A DNA stretch of 64,000 nucleotides from Alphaproteobacteria bacterium (GCA_965205265.1 CBDBGH010000003.1:992001-1056000), one strand, 5' to 3'; counted from the first letter of the stretch, positions 45,606 to 55,168 are shown. Notes: generated by a model not told the origin, from the letters alone. A program made the numbers and translations.

Positions 45606-46544
45606 ATGACCGCACCGAAGATCGGCTATCTGCTGCCTACCCGCGAACGCATCATGAGCGGGCTGAACGAGACCGGGCCGATGCTGGCGCTGGCGGAGCG
45701 CGCCGAGGCGCTCGGCTACGACTCGATCTGGATCGGCGACAGCCTGCTCGCGCGGCCGCGCCACGACCCGCTGACGCTGATGGCGGCGGTGGCGGCGCGC
45801 ACGAAGCGCGTCGCGGTCGGCACGGCCGTGCTGCTGCCGGCGCTGCGCAACCCGGTCGTGCTGGCCCACCAGGTCGCGACGCTCGACCGCATCGCCGAGG
45901 GGCGGCTGATCCTGGGCTACGGCATTGCGGGCGACGTGCCGAATATCCGCGCCGAGTTTGCCGCCGCCGGCGTGCCCTTCGAGAAGCGCGTCGGGCGGAT
46001 GCTGGAAGGGCTCCGCCTCTGCCGCGCGCTCTGGTCCGGCGAGCCGGTGGACTGGGAGGGGCGCTGGCCCGTGAAGGACGGCGTGCTCGGGCCGACGCCG
46101 CACAATCCGGGCGGCCCGCCCATCTGGCTCGGCGCGGGCCACTCGGCGGGCCTCGAACGCGCCGCCCGGCATTTCGACGGCTGGCTCCCGACCGGCCCCG
46201 ACGCCGAGGGCTGGGGCGAGCGTTGGCGGACGGTGCAGGCCGCCGCCGCTGCCGCCGGACGCCCGGCGGGCGCCGTCGAGGGCGCGGTCTATCTGACGAT
46301 TGCACTCGACGGGGACGTGGACGCCGGCAATGCGCGCATCGATGCCTATCTGGAGAGCTATTACGGCGCGCCCGCCGCCGTCATCCGCCGCCGCCAGACC
46401 GCCTTCGCCGGCCCGCCGGAAGCCGCGGCGGAGTGGATCGGCGGCTATGCGGAGCGCGGCGCCAGCCATATCGCGCTGCGCTTCGTCGGCGACCACGAAC
46501 GCATGCTGGAGGCCGTCGCCGCCGTGAGGGATCGCATCGGCTGA
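45606..46544 (+). CDS. LLM-class flavin-dependent oxidoreductase
   Basis: AEALGYDSIWIGDS, RNPVVLAHQVATLD, GRLILG, PPIWLG. Confidence 0.92.
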   Translation: MTAPKIGYLLPTRERIMSGLNETGPMLALAERAEALGYDSIWIGDSLLARPRHDPLTLMAAVAARTKRVAVGTAVLLPALRNPVVLAHQVATLDRIAEGRLILGYGIAGDVPNIRAEFAAAGVPFEKRVGRMLEGLRLCRALWSGEPVDWEGRWPVKDGVLGPTPHNPGGPPIWLGAGHSAGLERAARHFDGWLPTGPDAEGWGERWRTVQAAAAAAGRPAGAVEGAVYLTIALDGDVDAGNARIDAYLESYYGAPAAVIRRRQTAFAGPPEAAAEWIGGYAERGASHIALRFVGDHERMLEAVAAVRDRIG

Positions 46545-46748
46545 TGGGACCCGCCGCGGGGCGTCATGAAATGTCATGCGATGTCATGTTCTGCATGCGC
46601 CGGGCTCATATGCTGTAGTCGGTTCGGGCATGAAGCTGTCCGCCGCTCGATCTCTTCCGCCTGTCCTCACCACCGCCCGGACGCCCGCAGAGCCCCCCGT
46701 CCGCTCCCTTTTCATCATACTTGAACGCCCCCTTCGACAGGCTCTTCC

Positions 46749-46777
46749 GTCATGCCCGGAACAAGTCCGGGCATGAC
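46749..46777. repeat. Short REP palindrome
   Basis: GTCATGCCCGGAACAAGTCCGGGCATGAC. Confidence 0.85.
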
Positions 46778-46816
46778 GATATGGGGGGCGGCCATGACGA
46801 CTTGGGGACCGGGACA

Positions 46817-47437
46817 CTACCGCCCGCCGGCGCTCCCGCCCGCAGCGGCGGCCTCCCTTGCGGCGAGTTCTGCGGCCTCGCGGCGTTCCTGGCGGGCGAG
46901 CCAGTCGTAGAACGCGGGCGTGGTCAGCTTGCCCACATACTGGCGCTCGCCGAAGTTGTAGTAGTCCTCGCTGCCGTCGTAACTGTCCTCGTCGGGCACC
47001 AGCGGCCCGAAGCAGCCTGCCCCGGACCCGATCCGGGGGCGCTCCTGCTCCGCATGCCACGCCCGGAACTCCGGCGTCTGCTGGCTGCCGACATAGACCT
47101 CGTCGAAATAGTGGTATTCGTCCTCGCTGCCGTCATAGCCGGTCTCGGGCTCCGGCTCCGGAACCCAGTCGTCGAGGTCCTCCGCCGGTTCCCCGATGAC
47201 TGCCGGCTCCGGCTCGGGCATGCGGGCGGCGGCCCAGTCGAGGAGGTTGAGGATCTGGCGCAGATGGGAGAGCGCGGCGCGCCCGGCGCGGTGACGGTCG
47301 GCCAGGGCGCGGTCGTCCTCCGGCGGCGGCGCTGCGTTCATGTCCTGGGCATAAGCTTCGGCAAGGGCTGCGGCGGCGGGCGCCAGCTTTTCGGCCAGCA
47401 TCGCCGCCAGTGCGGGGCGGGGGTCGGTTGCGGTCAT
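46817..47437 (-). CDS. Hypothetical protein with two ~35-aa acidic/aromatic repeats
   Basis: Strong RBS GGAGGAGGAG; repeats YDGSEDEYHYFDEVYVGSQQTPEFRAWHAEQER and YDGSEDYYNFGERQYVGKLTTPAFYDWLARQER. Confidence 0.75.
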   Translation of the reverse strand: MTATDPRPALAAMLAEKLAPAAAALAEAYAQDMNAAPPPEDDRALADRHRAGRAALSHLRQILNLLDWAAARMPEPEPAVIGEPAEDLDDWVPEPEPETGYDGSEDEYHYFDEVYVGSQQTPEFRAWHAEQERPRIGSGAGCFGPLVPDEDSYDGSEDYYNFGERQYVGKLTTPAFYDWLARQERREAAELAAREAAAAGGSAGGR

Positions 47438-47668
47438 CGTCTCTCCTCCTCCGACGGGAAGCGGGTCCCTGTTTCGCGCGTCTCCCGCGCGGGCGCCTGT
47501 GCCGGCGCGGGCGGGCGTTACGCGGCGGCGCGGTTCGCGCGCCTGATTGCGCGCGCGAGGCGGCGGGCGCACGTCTCCCGTCGGCTTCCCAGGGGTTTTC
47601 AGAAAGTGGCGCCGCTCGGCCGCGCAGCACCCGGGGAGGCGGCTCCGGAGTCCGCTTCCCTGGGGGCC

Positions 47669-47695
47669 ATCATACCATAATCCGCCAGATGTCAA
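47669..47695 (-). promoter_or_regulatory. Putative promoter of element copy B
   Basis: Minus strand TTGACA-N15-TATGAT (short spacer) with an AT-rich upstream tract homologous to copy A. Confidence 0.45.
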
Positions 47696-47843
47696 GCCCA
47701 TACAGGGAACATAATTCAAAAATATCGGAAATTGTTCATGATTTGCGAAATAAGAAGAGGACCGGGCCAGCTGAAGATCGAAGACCGCCCGGCGCGCCGC
47801 CCGCCTTTAGTGCGGTGTCTGTTCATGTTGAACCGGAGCGGCA

Positions 47844-48001
47844 GCCGCCCTTCGATACGCACCCGCTGGCGCGGGCGCTACTCAGGGTGAGGGACAGGAG
47901 GAAGCGGTGCGGGGCTGCTCAGGGTAAGGAAAGGCAGGAAGGCACAGCTCCGAAAATTCCCTCATCCCGAGTAGCGGCGGAGCCGCGTATCGAGGGACGG
48001 C
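47844..48001. repeat. Third REP-like family, inverted pair
   Basis: GCCGCCCTTCGATACGC...GCTACTCAGGGTGAGGG and CCCTCATCCCGAGTAGC...GCGTATCGAGGGACGGC. Confidence 0.75.
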
Positions 48002-48054
48002 TCGACTTCCGTTTCAGACTGAACGGGTCCCGCTCTAGAGCCCCGGAGGCAATC

Positions 48055-49086
48055 CTATCGCTGCGCGTGGCCGGTTACTCTTGCGAGCAGGTTGAAGAAG
48101 CCGCGCTTGCGCTCCGACGAAATCGCCCAGTCGACCGGCACCGACTGGTAGCCTTCCTCGCGGCCTTCTCCGGGGAAGCGGTAGTCGAAATAGCCCCAGC
48201 CGGCATATTCGCCGACCGCCGCCAGGAAGTGGTTGTCGTCCTTGTCGAAATCGAAATGGTCGTCCTCGTTGAACAGGATCGGCTGGCCGCGATAGGCGGG
48301 ATGCCCGCGGCACTCCCGGACCATGCGCCTTATCCCGTCGGGGCCCGGGACGCGGTTTCCGTGCAGAAGCAGGAAATCCGCCGAATCGACGATGTTCTCG
48401 CCGGGGACGCTGCCGCCGCGCAGGCTCGTGCTGACCGGCAGCCTGCCGCCGGACAGCGCGCGGACGCGCCGGATGAGTTCGTGGCAGCGCCCGGCCGCCA
48501 GAATGTCGTGGCGGTACCGGCCGATATCGACCTCGTTGGCGATCTCCACCAGGACATGCCGGTAGTCCTTTTCGAGCAGCCAGCCGACGGCCCGCTCCAC
48601 GGCGCGGACCACCGCCGCCTCATTCTCCAGCCGCCCAGCCTGGCCGAAATAGAACAGCCCGAGGATGACGGCCATGCCGAGTTCGTCGGCGCGGTCCAGG
48701 ATGCGTTCGAGACGCCGGAAATAGTCCGGGCGCAAGGCGCCGTCTTCCGCGAAGGCGGAGTTGTGCCAAGGCTGCTCCCGGCTGTAGCCCTCCGGGCTGC
48801 CGCCCTGGAGATTGAGCGTGAAGCAGAGAAGCCCGGCCGCCCGCCAGCCGGGCATGGCGGCGATAAACTCGCGGGTGTTGCGCTCTGCGTGCCAGGGGCC
48901 GTCGGGATAGTTCCAGCTGTCTCTCGTGTCGGGATTGAGGTCGTCGAAAATGCCCTGGACGAGGCGGGCGTTGAGCAGCAGCCCCTCGATCTTGTGCGGG
49001 CCGAACCGCCGCCCGGCATAGGTGGGTTCGCCGTCGATAAGGAATCCGTCACCGGCTATGCCGACGGTTGTGTGGCGCCCGGTCAT
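48055..49086 (-). CDS. Conserved hypothetical protein, possible TIM-barrel glycoside-hydrolase-like fold
   Basis: RLERILDRADELGMAVILGLFY, LVEIANE, LLHGN, PILFNED resemble clan GH-A motifs. Confidence 0.65.
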   Translation of the reverse strand: MTGRHTTVGIAGDGFLIDGEPTYAGRRFGPHKIEGLLLNARLVQGIFDDLNPDTRDSWNYPDGPWHAERNTREFIAAMPGWRAAGLLCFTLNLQGGSPEGYSREQPWHNSAFAEDGALRPDYFRRLERILDRADELGMAVILGLFYFGQAGRLENEAAVVRAVERAVGWLLEKDYRHVLVEIANEVDIGRYRHDILAAGRCHELIRRVRALSGGRLPVSTSLRGGSVPGENIVDSADFLLLHGNRVPGPDGIRRMVRECRGHPAYRGQPILFNEDDHFDFDKDDNHFLAAVGEYAGWGYFDYRFPGEGREEGYQSVPVDWAISSERKRGFFNLLARVTGHAQR

Positions 49087-49154
49087 CCCGCTTGCGACTC
49101 CCCCGATGTCCGCGTGTATAACGAAGCCAGTGGGCAGATAGAGAGGGAAACGGG

Positions 49155-50135
49155 ATGCCGGTCAAGGTGGTGATGCAGAACGAGTTCTCGATGGGGGCGA
49201 CGGACCGCATCCGGGGAATGGCCGAGGTGGTCGTCGATCCGGAGCTGGAGCGGGTGTCCGGCGCGGATATCGTGGTCGTGGGCCGCGGACCGGCCGACGC
49301 CGCGTTCCTGTCGCGCGCCGGTAATCGCCTGAAAATGGTCGCCACGCCCGGCATCGGCGTGGACAAGATCGACGTGGAGGCGGCGGGCGAGCGCGGTATC
49401 GTCGTCATCCACAATCCCGACGCGCCCAGCCAGTCCACGGCCGAGCACACGGTCGCGCTGCTGACGGCGCTCGCGGCCCGCGTGATGACCGGGGACCGCT
49501 TCCTCAGGGAAGGCCGGCCCCTGGACCGGGAGAAGATGCGGGGCACGGAGCTCAGGGGGCGTAATCTGGGCGTCGTCGGCTACGGGCGCATCGGGCGGCG
49601 CGTGGCGGCGGCCTGCGCGCTCGGCCTCGGCATGAATGTCCGCGTCTGCGATCCCCTGGTGGACCTGCGGCAGGAGACCCCGGAGGGCGTGACCCTGACC
49701 GGCGATTTCGACTCCGTCTTTGCGGACGCGAAGTTCGTCACCCTGCATGTGCCGCTGACGCCGGGCACCCGCCATCTGGTCGGCGCGCGGGAACTCGGCC
49801 TCATTCCCGAGGGCGGCTATCTGGTGAACGCCTCGCGCGGGCCGGTGGTGGACGAGCAGGCGCTGATCCGGGCCCTGCAGGAAGGACATCTTGCAGGCGC
49901 GGCGCTGGATGTGACCGACCCCGAACCGCCGCTGCCGGACAACCCGCTGCTGGCGATGGACAATGTGATCGTCACCCCGCATATCGCGTCCAATACCGAT
50001 CTCGGCGTCCACGCGATGATGCACGGCGTCGCCGACCAGATCGCCCAGGTCATCGCCGGGGAGCCGCCGCGCAGCATGGTCGATCCGAAGGTCTGGCCCG
50101 GCCGCTTCGCCGGCTGGTCGGTCGCGGATTGCTGA
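49155..50135 (+). CDS. D-isomer-specific 2-hydroxyacid dehydrogenase
   Basis: GVVGYGRIG, LHVPLT, LVNASRG, AALDVTDPEP, TPHIAS. Confidence 0.93.
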   Translation: MPVKVVMQNEFSMGATDRIRGMAEVVVDPELERVSGADIVVVGRGPADAAFLSRAGNRLKMVATPGIGVDKIDVEAAGERGIVVIHNPDAPSQSTAEHTVALLTALAARVMTGDRFLREGRPLDREKMRGTELRGRNLGVVGYGRIGRRVAAACALGLGMNVRVCDPLVDLRQETPEGVTLTGDFDSVFADAKFVTLHVPLTPGTRHLVGARELGLIPEGGYLVNASRGPVVDEQALIRALQEGHLAGAALDVTDPEPPLPDNPLLAMDNVIVTPHIASNTDLGVHAMMHGVADQIAQVIAGEPPRSMVDPKVWPGRFAGWSVADC

Positions 50136-50151
50136 CCTGCCGTCCGGCGCG

Positions 50152-52239
50152 ATGAACGAGAGACGGACGGCGTACCGGCTGGGCTGCGATGCCGGCGGCA
50201 CCTTCACGGATTTCGTGCTCTATGACGAGCGGTCCGGCGCCATCCATGCGGAGAAATGCCTGACGACCCCCGCCGATCCGTCGGTGGGCGTTCTGGAGGG
50301 CCTCAGGGCATTCGGGCGCGTCGATCCCGAGCATGTCGCCCGCACCCGCCGCATCGCCCATGCCACGACCCTGGTCGCAAACGCGGTCATCGAGCGCAAG
50401 GGCGCGCGCACGGCGCTTCTCGCGACCCGGGGCTTCCGCGATGTGCTGGAGCTTCGCCGCCATGTCCGGGTGACGACCTACGAGCTCTGGGCCGATCCCC
50501 CGGCGCCGCTGGTGCCCCGGCATCTGCGCATTCCCATCGGCGAGCGCACCTACAGCGACGGCACGGTCCTTCGCCCGGTTCCGCCGGAGGAGATCGAGGC
50601 GGCCGTCGCGCTGATGCGGGCGCAGCGCGTGGGCTCCGTCGCCATCGCCTTCCTTCACTCCTACGTCAATCCCGAAAACGAGAGGGAGGCGGCGCGCCTC
50701 CTGCGCGAGCTTGCACCGGAAATCGCGGTGACGACCTCCGCTGACGTGCTGCCGCAGATCAAGGAGTACGAACGCACCAGCACCACGGTGGTCAACGCCT
50801 ATGTGAAGCCGCTCGTCCAGCGCTATCTCGGCAATCTTGACGGCGGGCTTGCCGGGGCCGGCTACGCCGCGCCGCTGCGCGTGATGCTCTCCAATGGCGG
50901 CCTCGGCTCCACCGAGACGGCGGGCGACTTCCCGCTGCGGCTCATCGAGTCGGGACCGGTGGCGGGCGCCATTGTCGGGCGGCAGATCGCCGAACTGCTC
51001 GAACTGCCTGAAGTGCTCTCCTTCGACATGGGGGGAACGACGGCCAAGGCGTGCCTCATCCGCGAGCGCGCGCTGCCGATCACCGACGAGCTGGAAGTGG
51101 CGCGGTCCCGGCGCTTCACGCGCTCCAGCGGCTTTCCGGTGGCGGTGCCGGCGGTCAACATGATCGAGATCGGCGCCGGCGGCGGCAGCATCGCCGCCAT
51201 CAACGAAATGGGGCTCGTGCAGGTCGGGCCGGAAAGCGCCGGCGCCGACCCCGGACCGATCTGCTACGGGCAGGGCGGCGCAAGACCGACCGTGACCGAC
51301 GCCGACCTGCTGTTGGGCTACCTCAATCCCGGCAATTTCGCCGGCGGCTCGATGCGCCTCGACGAGGAGGCGGCGCGGGCCGGCATCGAGGAGCAGCTGG
51401 CGCGCCCGCGCGGACAGTCCGCGCTCGAAGCGGCCTGGACCGTGCATGACGTGGTCAACGAGACGATGGCGGCGGCGGTGCGCATGCACATAACGGAGCG
51501 CGGCGGCAATCCCCGGCAGGCGACCCTGGTCGCGTTCGGCGGCGCGGGGCCGCTGCATGCCTGCCACCTTGCGGCGAAGCTCCGGATCGGGCGGGTCATG
51601 GTGCCGCTCCGGGCGGGCGTGCTGTCCGCGCTCGGCCTGCTGGTCGCGCCACCCGCCTACGACATCGTGCGCACCCTGAAGGCGCCGCTCGCCGAGCTCG
51701 ACGAGGCGGCGACCGGAGCGCTGCTGGAGGAGATGGCGGACCGGGTCGCAGCGCTGCTGGCACGGCTGGACACCGGGGGAGAGCTGCGCTTCCGGCGCGG
51801 GATCGATGTCGGCTATATCGGCCAGAGCTACCAGGTGACGGTGCCGCTCGACGGGGCGGTGGACCGCGAGGCGATCTGGCAGTCCTTCGCCGCCCTCTAC
51901 CGCGAGAAATACGGCTATTTCTACGACGACGTGCCGGCGGAGATCGTGAACCTCCGCGTGCTCGGCGAACTGGTGGGCGGGGAGCTCGAATTCGAGCCGC
52001 TTGCCGCCGGCGGGGAGGCGGCCCCGGCCGGCGAACGGCCGGCCTGGTCGGCGCGCGAGCGCCGCATGCGCCCGTTCGCCGTCTTCGACCGGGACCGGCT
52101 CGGTCCGGGCGCGGCGTTTATGGGGCCGGCCATCGTCGAGGAAGCGACCGCGACCACGATCGTCGACGAGGGCGCGACGGCGGCGGTCGACGAATACGGG
52201 TCGCTGGTCATCGCCGTCGATCCGGAGGAGGCGCCATGA
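50152..52239 (+). CDS. Hydantoinase/oxoprolinase subunit A
   Basis: DAGGTFTD, EYERTSTTVVNAY, ESGP, DMGGTT, GAGGGSIA, AFGGAGPLH. Confidence 0.93.
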   Translation: MNERRTAYRLGCDAGGTFTDFVLYDERSGAIHAEKCLTTPADPSVGVLEGLRAFGRVDPEHVARTRRIAHATTLVANAVIERKGARTALLATRGFRDVLELRRHVRVTTYELWADPPAPLVPRHLRIPIGERTYSDGTVLRPVPPEEIEAAVALMRAQRVGSVAIAFLHSYVNPENEREAARLLRELAPEIAVTTSADVLPQIKEYERTSTTVVNAYVKPLVQRYLGNLDGGLAGAGYAAPLRVMLSNGGLGSTETAGDFPLRLIESGPVAGAIVGRQIAELLELPEVLSFDMGGTTAKACLIRERALPITDELEVARSRRFTRSSGFPVAVPAVNMIEIGAGGGSIAAINEMGLVQVGPESAGADPGPICYGQGGARPTVTDADLLLGYLNPGNFAGGSMRLDEEAARAGIEEQLARPRGQSALEAAWTVHDVVNETMAAAVRMHITERGGNPRQATLVAFGGAGPLHACHLAAKLRIGRVMVPLRAGVLSALGLLVAPPAYDIVRTLKAPLAELDEAATGALLEEMADRVAALLARLDTGGELRFRRGIDVGYIGQSYQVTVPLDGAVDREAIWQSFAALYREKYGYFYDDVPAEIVNLRVLGELVGGELEFEPLAAGGEAAPAGERPAWSARERRMRPFAVFDRDRLGPGAAFMGPAIVEEATATTIVDEGATAAVDEYGSLVIAVDPEEAP

Positions 52240-53900
52240 ACCCCAACGAGCCGCCCGAAGCGCTCGACATCGTCTGGCCGCGCCTCATCGCCATCGCCGA
52301 CGAGATGGCGACGACCATGTTCCGCACGGCGTTTTCCCACGATGTCGTCGAAGTGCACGACATGTCCACCGGGCTCTACGATGACCGGGGCTGCCTGATC
52401 GGCCAGACTTGGCTCGGCGCGACCGGGCATACCGGCGTCATGCCTGTATATGGACGGAACCTGCTGGAATACTTCCCGCCCGAGACGGTCCGGCCGGGCG
52501 ACGTATTCATCTGCAACGATCCCTGGATCTGCAACGGCCAGACCGCCGACGTCTTCATCACCACGCCCGCCTTCCACGGCGGGCGGCTGATCGGCTTCTC
52601 CATCAACAGCGTGCACCATGTCGATATCGGCGGGCGCAAGGGCTCGGGCCTCAGCGAGGAGGTCTATGAAGAGGGCCTCATCATCCCGCCGCTCAGGCTC
52701 TATGACGACGGCGAGCCGAACGAGCAGCTGTTCCAGCTTCTCAGGCGCAATGTGCGCTTCGCGGAGAAGATGATCGGCGACCTGCGCGCCCAGGTGGCGG
52801 CGGGCTGGGCGGGCAGCCGCGAGCTGGAGCGGCTGGCGGCCGAGTTCGGCCTCGATACGCTGCGCGGACACGCCGATGAGATCATGCGCCGCACGGAAGC
52901 CGGGATGCGGGCCGGGATCGCCGCGCTTCCCGACGGCGAATACCGCGAAGAGATGGAGATGGAGATCGAGGGCATCGCGGAGCCGCAGACGCTGGCGGTG
53001 ACGGTGCGGATCGAGGGCAGCGACATCCACGCGGATTTCACCGGCACCTCGGCGCAGGTGCGCCGGCCGGTCAATTGCCCCATCAACTACACCCGCGCCT
53101 ATGTGGCGCTGCCGCTCAAGCTCGTATGCGACCCGATCCTGCCGAACAACCAGGGGACCTATGAGCCGCTGCACCTGTCCGTGCCGGAAGGCACCCTGCT
53201 CAACCCGACCTTCCCGGCGGCCTGCTTCTGGCGGCTGTCGGCCGGGATGCTGGTCTCGGAGCTGATGTTCCGGGTGCTGGCGCGCATCGCCCCGGACCGG
53301 GTGCCGGCCGACTCCGGCTCGATGCCGACCTGGCAGTTCTACGTCAACGGCGTGCGCCCGGACGGCGAGGCGTTCGCGCTGCACCAGCACGCCTTCGGCG
53401 GCATGGGCGGCCGGCCGGGCGATGACGGGCTGGCCTCGGTGAGCTTTCCCTACAATGTGCGCGACGTTTCCATCGAGTGGTCGGAGATGGAGACGCCGGT
53501 GCTCTACGAGGCGCGCGAGCTCATCCCGGACTCGGGCGGGGCGGGTGAGTTCCGGGGCGGCCTCGGCCAGGAGCTGGTGCTGAAGGCGTATCCCGGACGG
53601 GTGGGGGCGGGCGAGCCGCTGGTGCTGTCGGGTTCGGCCGGGCGCATGCGCTTTCCGCCGCAGGGGCTGGGCGGCGGCAGGGACGGCTCTTTCGGCGCAA
53701 TCGAGGTGAACGGCGAGGCGATCGCGCCGTCGAGCTCGCCGAACATAACCTTCCGCGAAGGCGACACCGTCCGCCTCAGGCTGCCGGGCGGCGGCGGACA
53801 TGGCGATCCCGCAAGGCGCCCGCGCGAGCGCATCGAGGCGGACCTCCGCGCCGGCTATGTGACGCCCGGAGGCGCGCGGCGGGACTACGGCTACGAATAG
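52236..53900 (+). CDS. Hydantoinase B/oxoprolinase subunit B
   Basis: FRTAFS, NDPW, HHVDIGG, EEGL, DSGGAGEFRGG, PGGGGHGDP. Confidence 0.93.
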   Translation: MNPNEPPEALDIVWPRLIAIADEMATTMFRTAFSHDVVEVHDMSTGLYDDRGCLIGQTWLGATGHTGVMPVYGRNLLEYFPPETVRPGDVFICNDPWICNGQTADVFITTPAFHGGRLIGFSINSVHHVDIGGRKGSGLSEEVYEEGLIIPPLRLYDDGEPNEQLFQLLRRNVRFAEKMIGDLRAQVAAGWAGSRELERLAAEFGLDTLRGHADEIMRRTEAGMRAGIAALPDGEYREEMEMEIEGIAEPQTLAVTVRIEGSDIHADFTGTSAQVRRPVNCPINYTRAYVALPLKLVCDPILPNNQGTYEPLHLSVPEGTLLNPTFPAACFWRLSAGMLVSELMFRVLARIAPDRVPADSGSMPTWQFYVNGVRPDGEAFALHQHAFGGMGGRPGDDGLASVSFPYNVRDVSIEWSEMETPVLYEARELIPDSGGAGEFRGGLGQELVLKAYPGRVGAGEPLVLSGSAGRMRFPPQGLGGGRDGSFGAIEVNGEAIAPSSSPNITFREGDTVRLRLPGGGGHGDPARRPRERIEADLRAGYVTPGGARRDYGYE

Positions 53901-53921
53901 GCCCGGCGGGCAGACCCCGCG

Positions 53922-54977
53922 TCAGCCGTCTCCGGTCAGCTCCCCGGCATAGGCGAAGAGTAGCGGCTGGCCGCCGGTGTGGACGAACACGACCGTCTCG
54001 CCGGACCCCACGACGCCGCGCTTCGCATAGTCCATGAGGCCGGCCATGGCCTTGCTCGTATAGACCGGGTCCAGAAGGATGCCCTCGGTCTCCGCGGCGA
54101 GCCGGAGTGCGGCATGCGACTCCGGCGTGAGCAGGCCGTAGGTCTCGCCCGCAAAGGATTCGTCGGCGGTGAAATCGGCCGGTTCGATTGCAAGGTTGAG
54201 GCCGAGCGCCCGCGCGGTCGCCGTGGCGATGCGCGCGATGTCGAGCGCCCGCTCCTCCTGCCAGCGGATCGGGCTGATCGAGGTGACCCGCGCCCGGCGG
54301 CCGAGCGCATGCAGGCCGGTGACGAGGCCGGCGGGCGTGTTGTTGGCGCCCGCGACGAAGACATGGTCGGGGTCGATCCCGGCGTCGTCGAGCTGGGCGT
54401 CGAGTTCGACCGCCATGTCCACATAGCCGAGCGCGGCGCGCACCTGCTGGTCGAGGCCGAAGGGGGCGATCACGTATGGCCGGCGGCCGGCGGCCTCCAG
54501 CTCGCGGGCCTTTGCGTCGAGATGGGGCTGGATGTCCTCCATGGACGCGATGTCGATCACCGTCACATCGGCGCCCATCAGGCTGTCGAGCAGCAGGTTA
54601 CCCTGAAGCGCCGGCCCCTTGACGCCCTCCATCAGCACGAGCGAGACCGCGAGGCCGTGGCGGCGCGCGGCCGCGGTGATCTGCCGGCACCAGTTCGACT
54701 GGGTGTAGGCGCCGGCCACCACGATGTCGGCGCCGGACTCCAGGATGTCGGCGAAGGTGAACTCGAGGTGGCGGGTCTTGTTGCCGCCGAAGGCGAGGCC
54801 CGTCAGGTCGTCCCGCTTGACATAGAGGGCGCGCACGCCGAGCGCGCCGGCAAGCCGGGGGCAGTGGTCGAGCGGCGTCGGCAGGTGGCCGAGCGGGACG
54901 CGCGGCAGCGTCGCGATACGGGCGGCAAGGTCTTCCCTCGTCGTTGCTGCCCCGGCATGCGCCGTCGCCACCGCCAT
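53922..54977 (-). CDS. D-cysteine desulfhydrase / ACC-deaminase-family PLP enzyme
   Basis: VKRDDLTGLAFGGNKTR, QSNW, LDPVYTSKA, HTGG. Confidence 0.88.
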   Translation of the reverse strand: MAVATAHAGAATTREDLAARIATLPRVPLGHLPTPLDHCPRLAGALGVRALYVKRDDLTGLAFGGNKTRHLEFTFADILESGADIVVAGAYTQSNWCRQITAAARRHGLAVSLVLMEGVKGPALQGNLLLDSLMGADVTVIDIASMEDIQPHLDAKARELEAAGRRPYVIAPFGLDQQVRAALGYVDMAVELDAQLDDAGIDPDHVFVAGANNTPAGLVTGLHALGRRARVTSISPIRWQEERALDIARIATATARALGLNLAIEPADFTADESFAGETYGLLTPESHAALRLAAETEGILLDPVYTSKAMAGLMDYAKRGVVGSGETVVFVHTGGQPLLFAYAGELTGDG

Positions 54978-55077
54978 GTCGTCCTCCCGGCCGGTTCCGG
55001 AGGCCATCCTATCGCCGGCGGGAAGCGGCCGGCAACCGCGCGGCAGGCGGGGGCGGCATTCAGGCGTTTGAAAAGAA

Positions 55078-55154
55078 TGGTCGGAGTGGCAAGATTCGAA
55101 CTTGCGGCCCCTGCCTCCCGAAGACAGTGCTCTACCAGGCTGAGCTACACTCCG
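55078..55154 (-). tRNA. tRNA-Pro (anticodon CGG)
   Basis: CGGAGTGTAGCTCAGCCTGGTAGAGCACTGTCTTCGGGAGGCAGGGGCCGCAAGTTCGAATCTTGCCACTCCGACCA; 77 nt, encoded CCA. Confidence 0.97.
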
Positions 55155-55168
55155 GCCGTCGGCCGGAG

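Larger units (their letters stand above)
46560..47740 (-). other. Bipartite conserved element, copy B, enclosing a REP and a cargo ORF
   Basis: 3' module 46560-46665 matches 7189-7286; 5' module 47461-47740 matches 7367-7640. Confidence 0.65.

Noticed and set aside
53922-54977. ACC deaminase (acdS) call
   Set aside because: Has DPVYT and HTGG rather than the DPVYE and HLGG signatures of true ACC deaminases.
46560-55154. Integrated island or prophage at tRNA-Pro
   Set aside because: No integrase, no duplicated tRNA 3' end noticed, and no phage structural genes.
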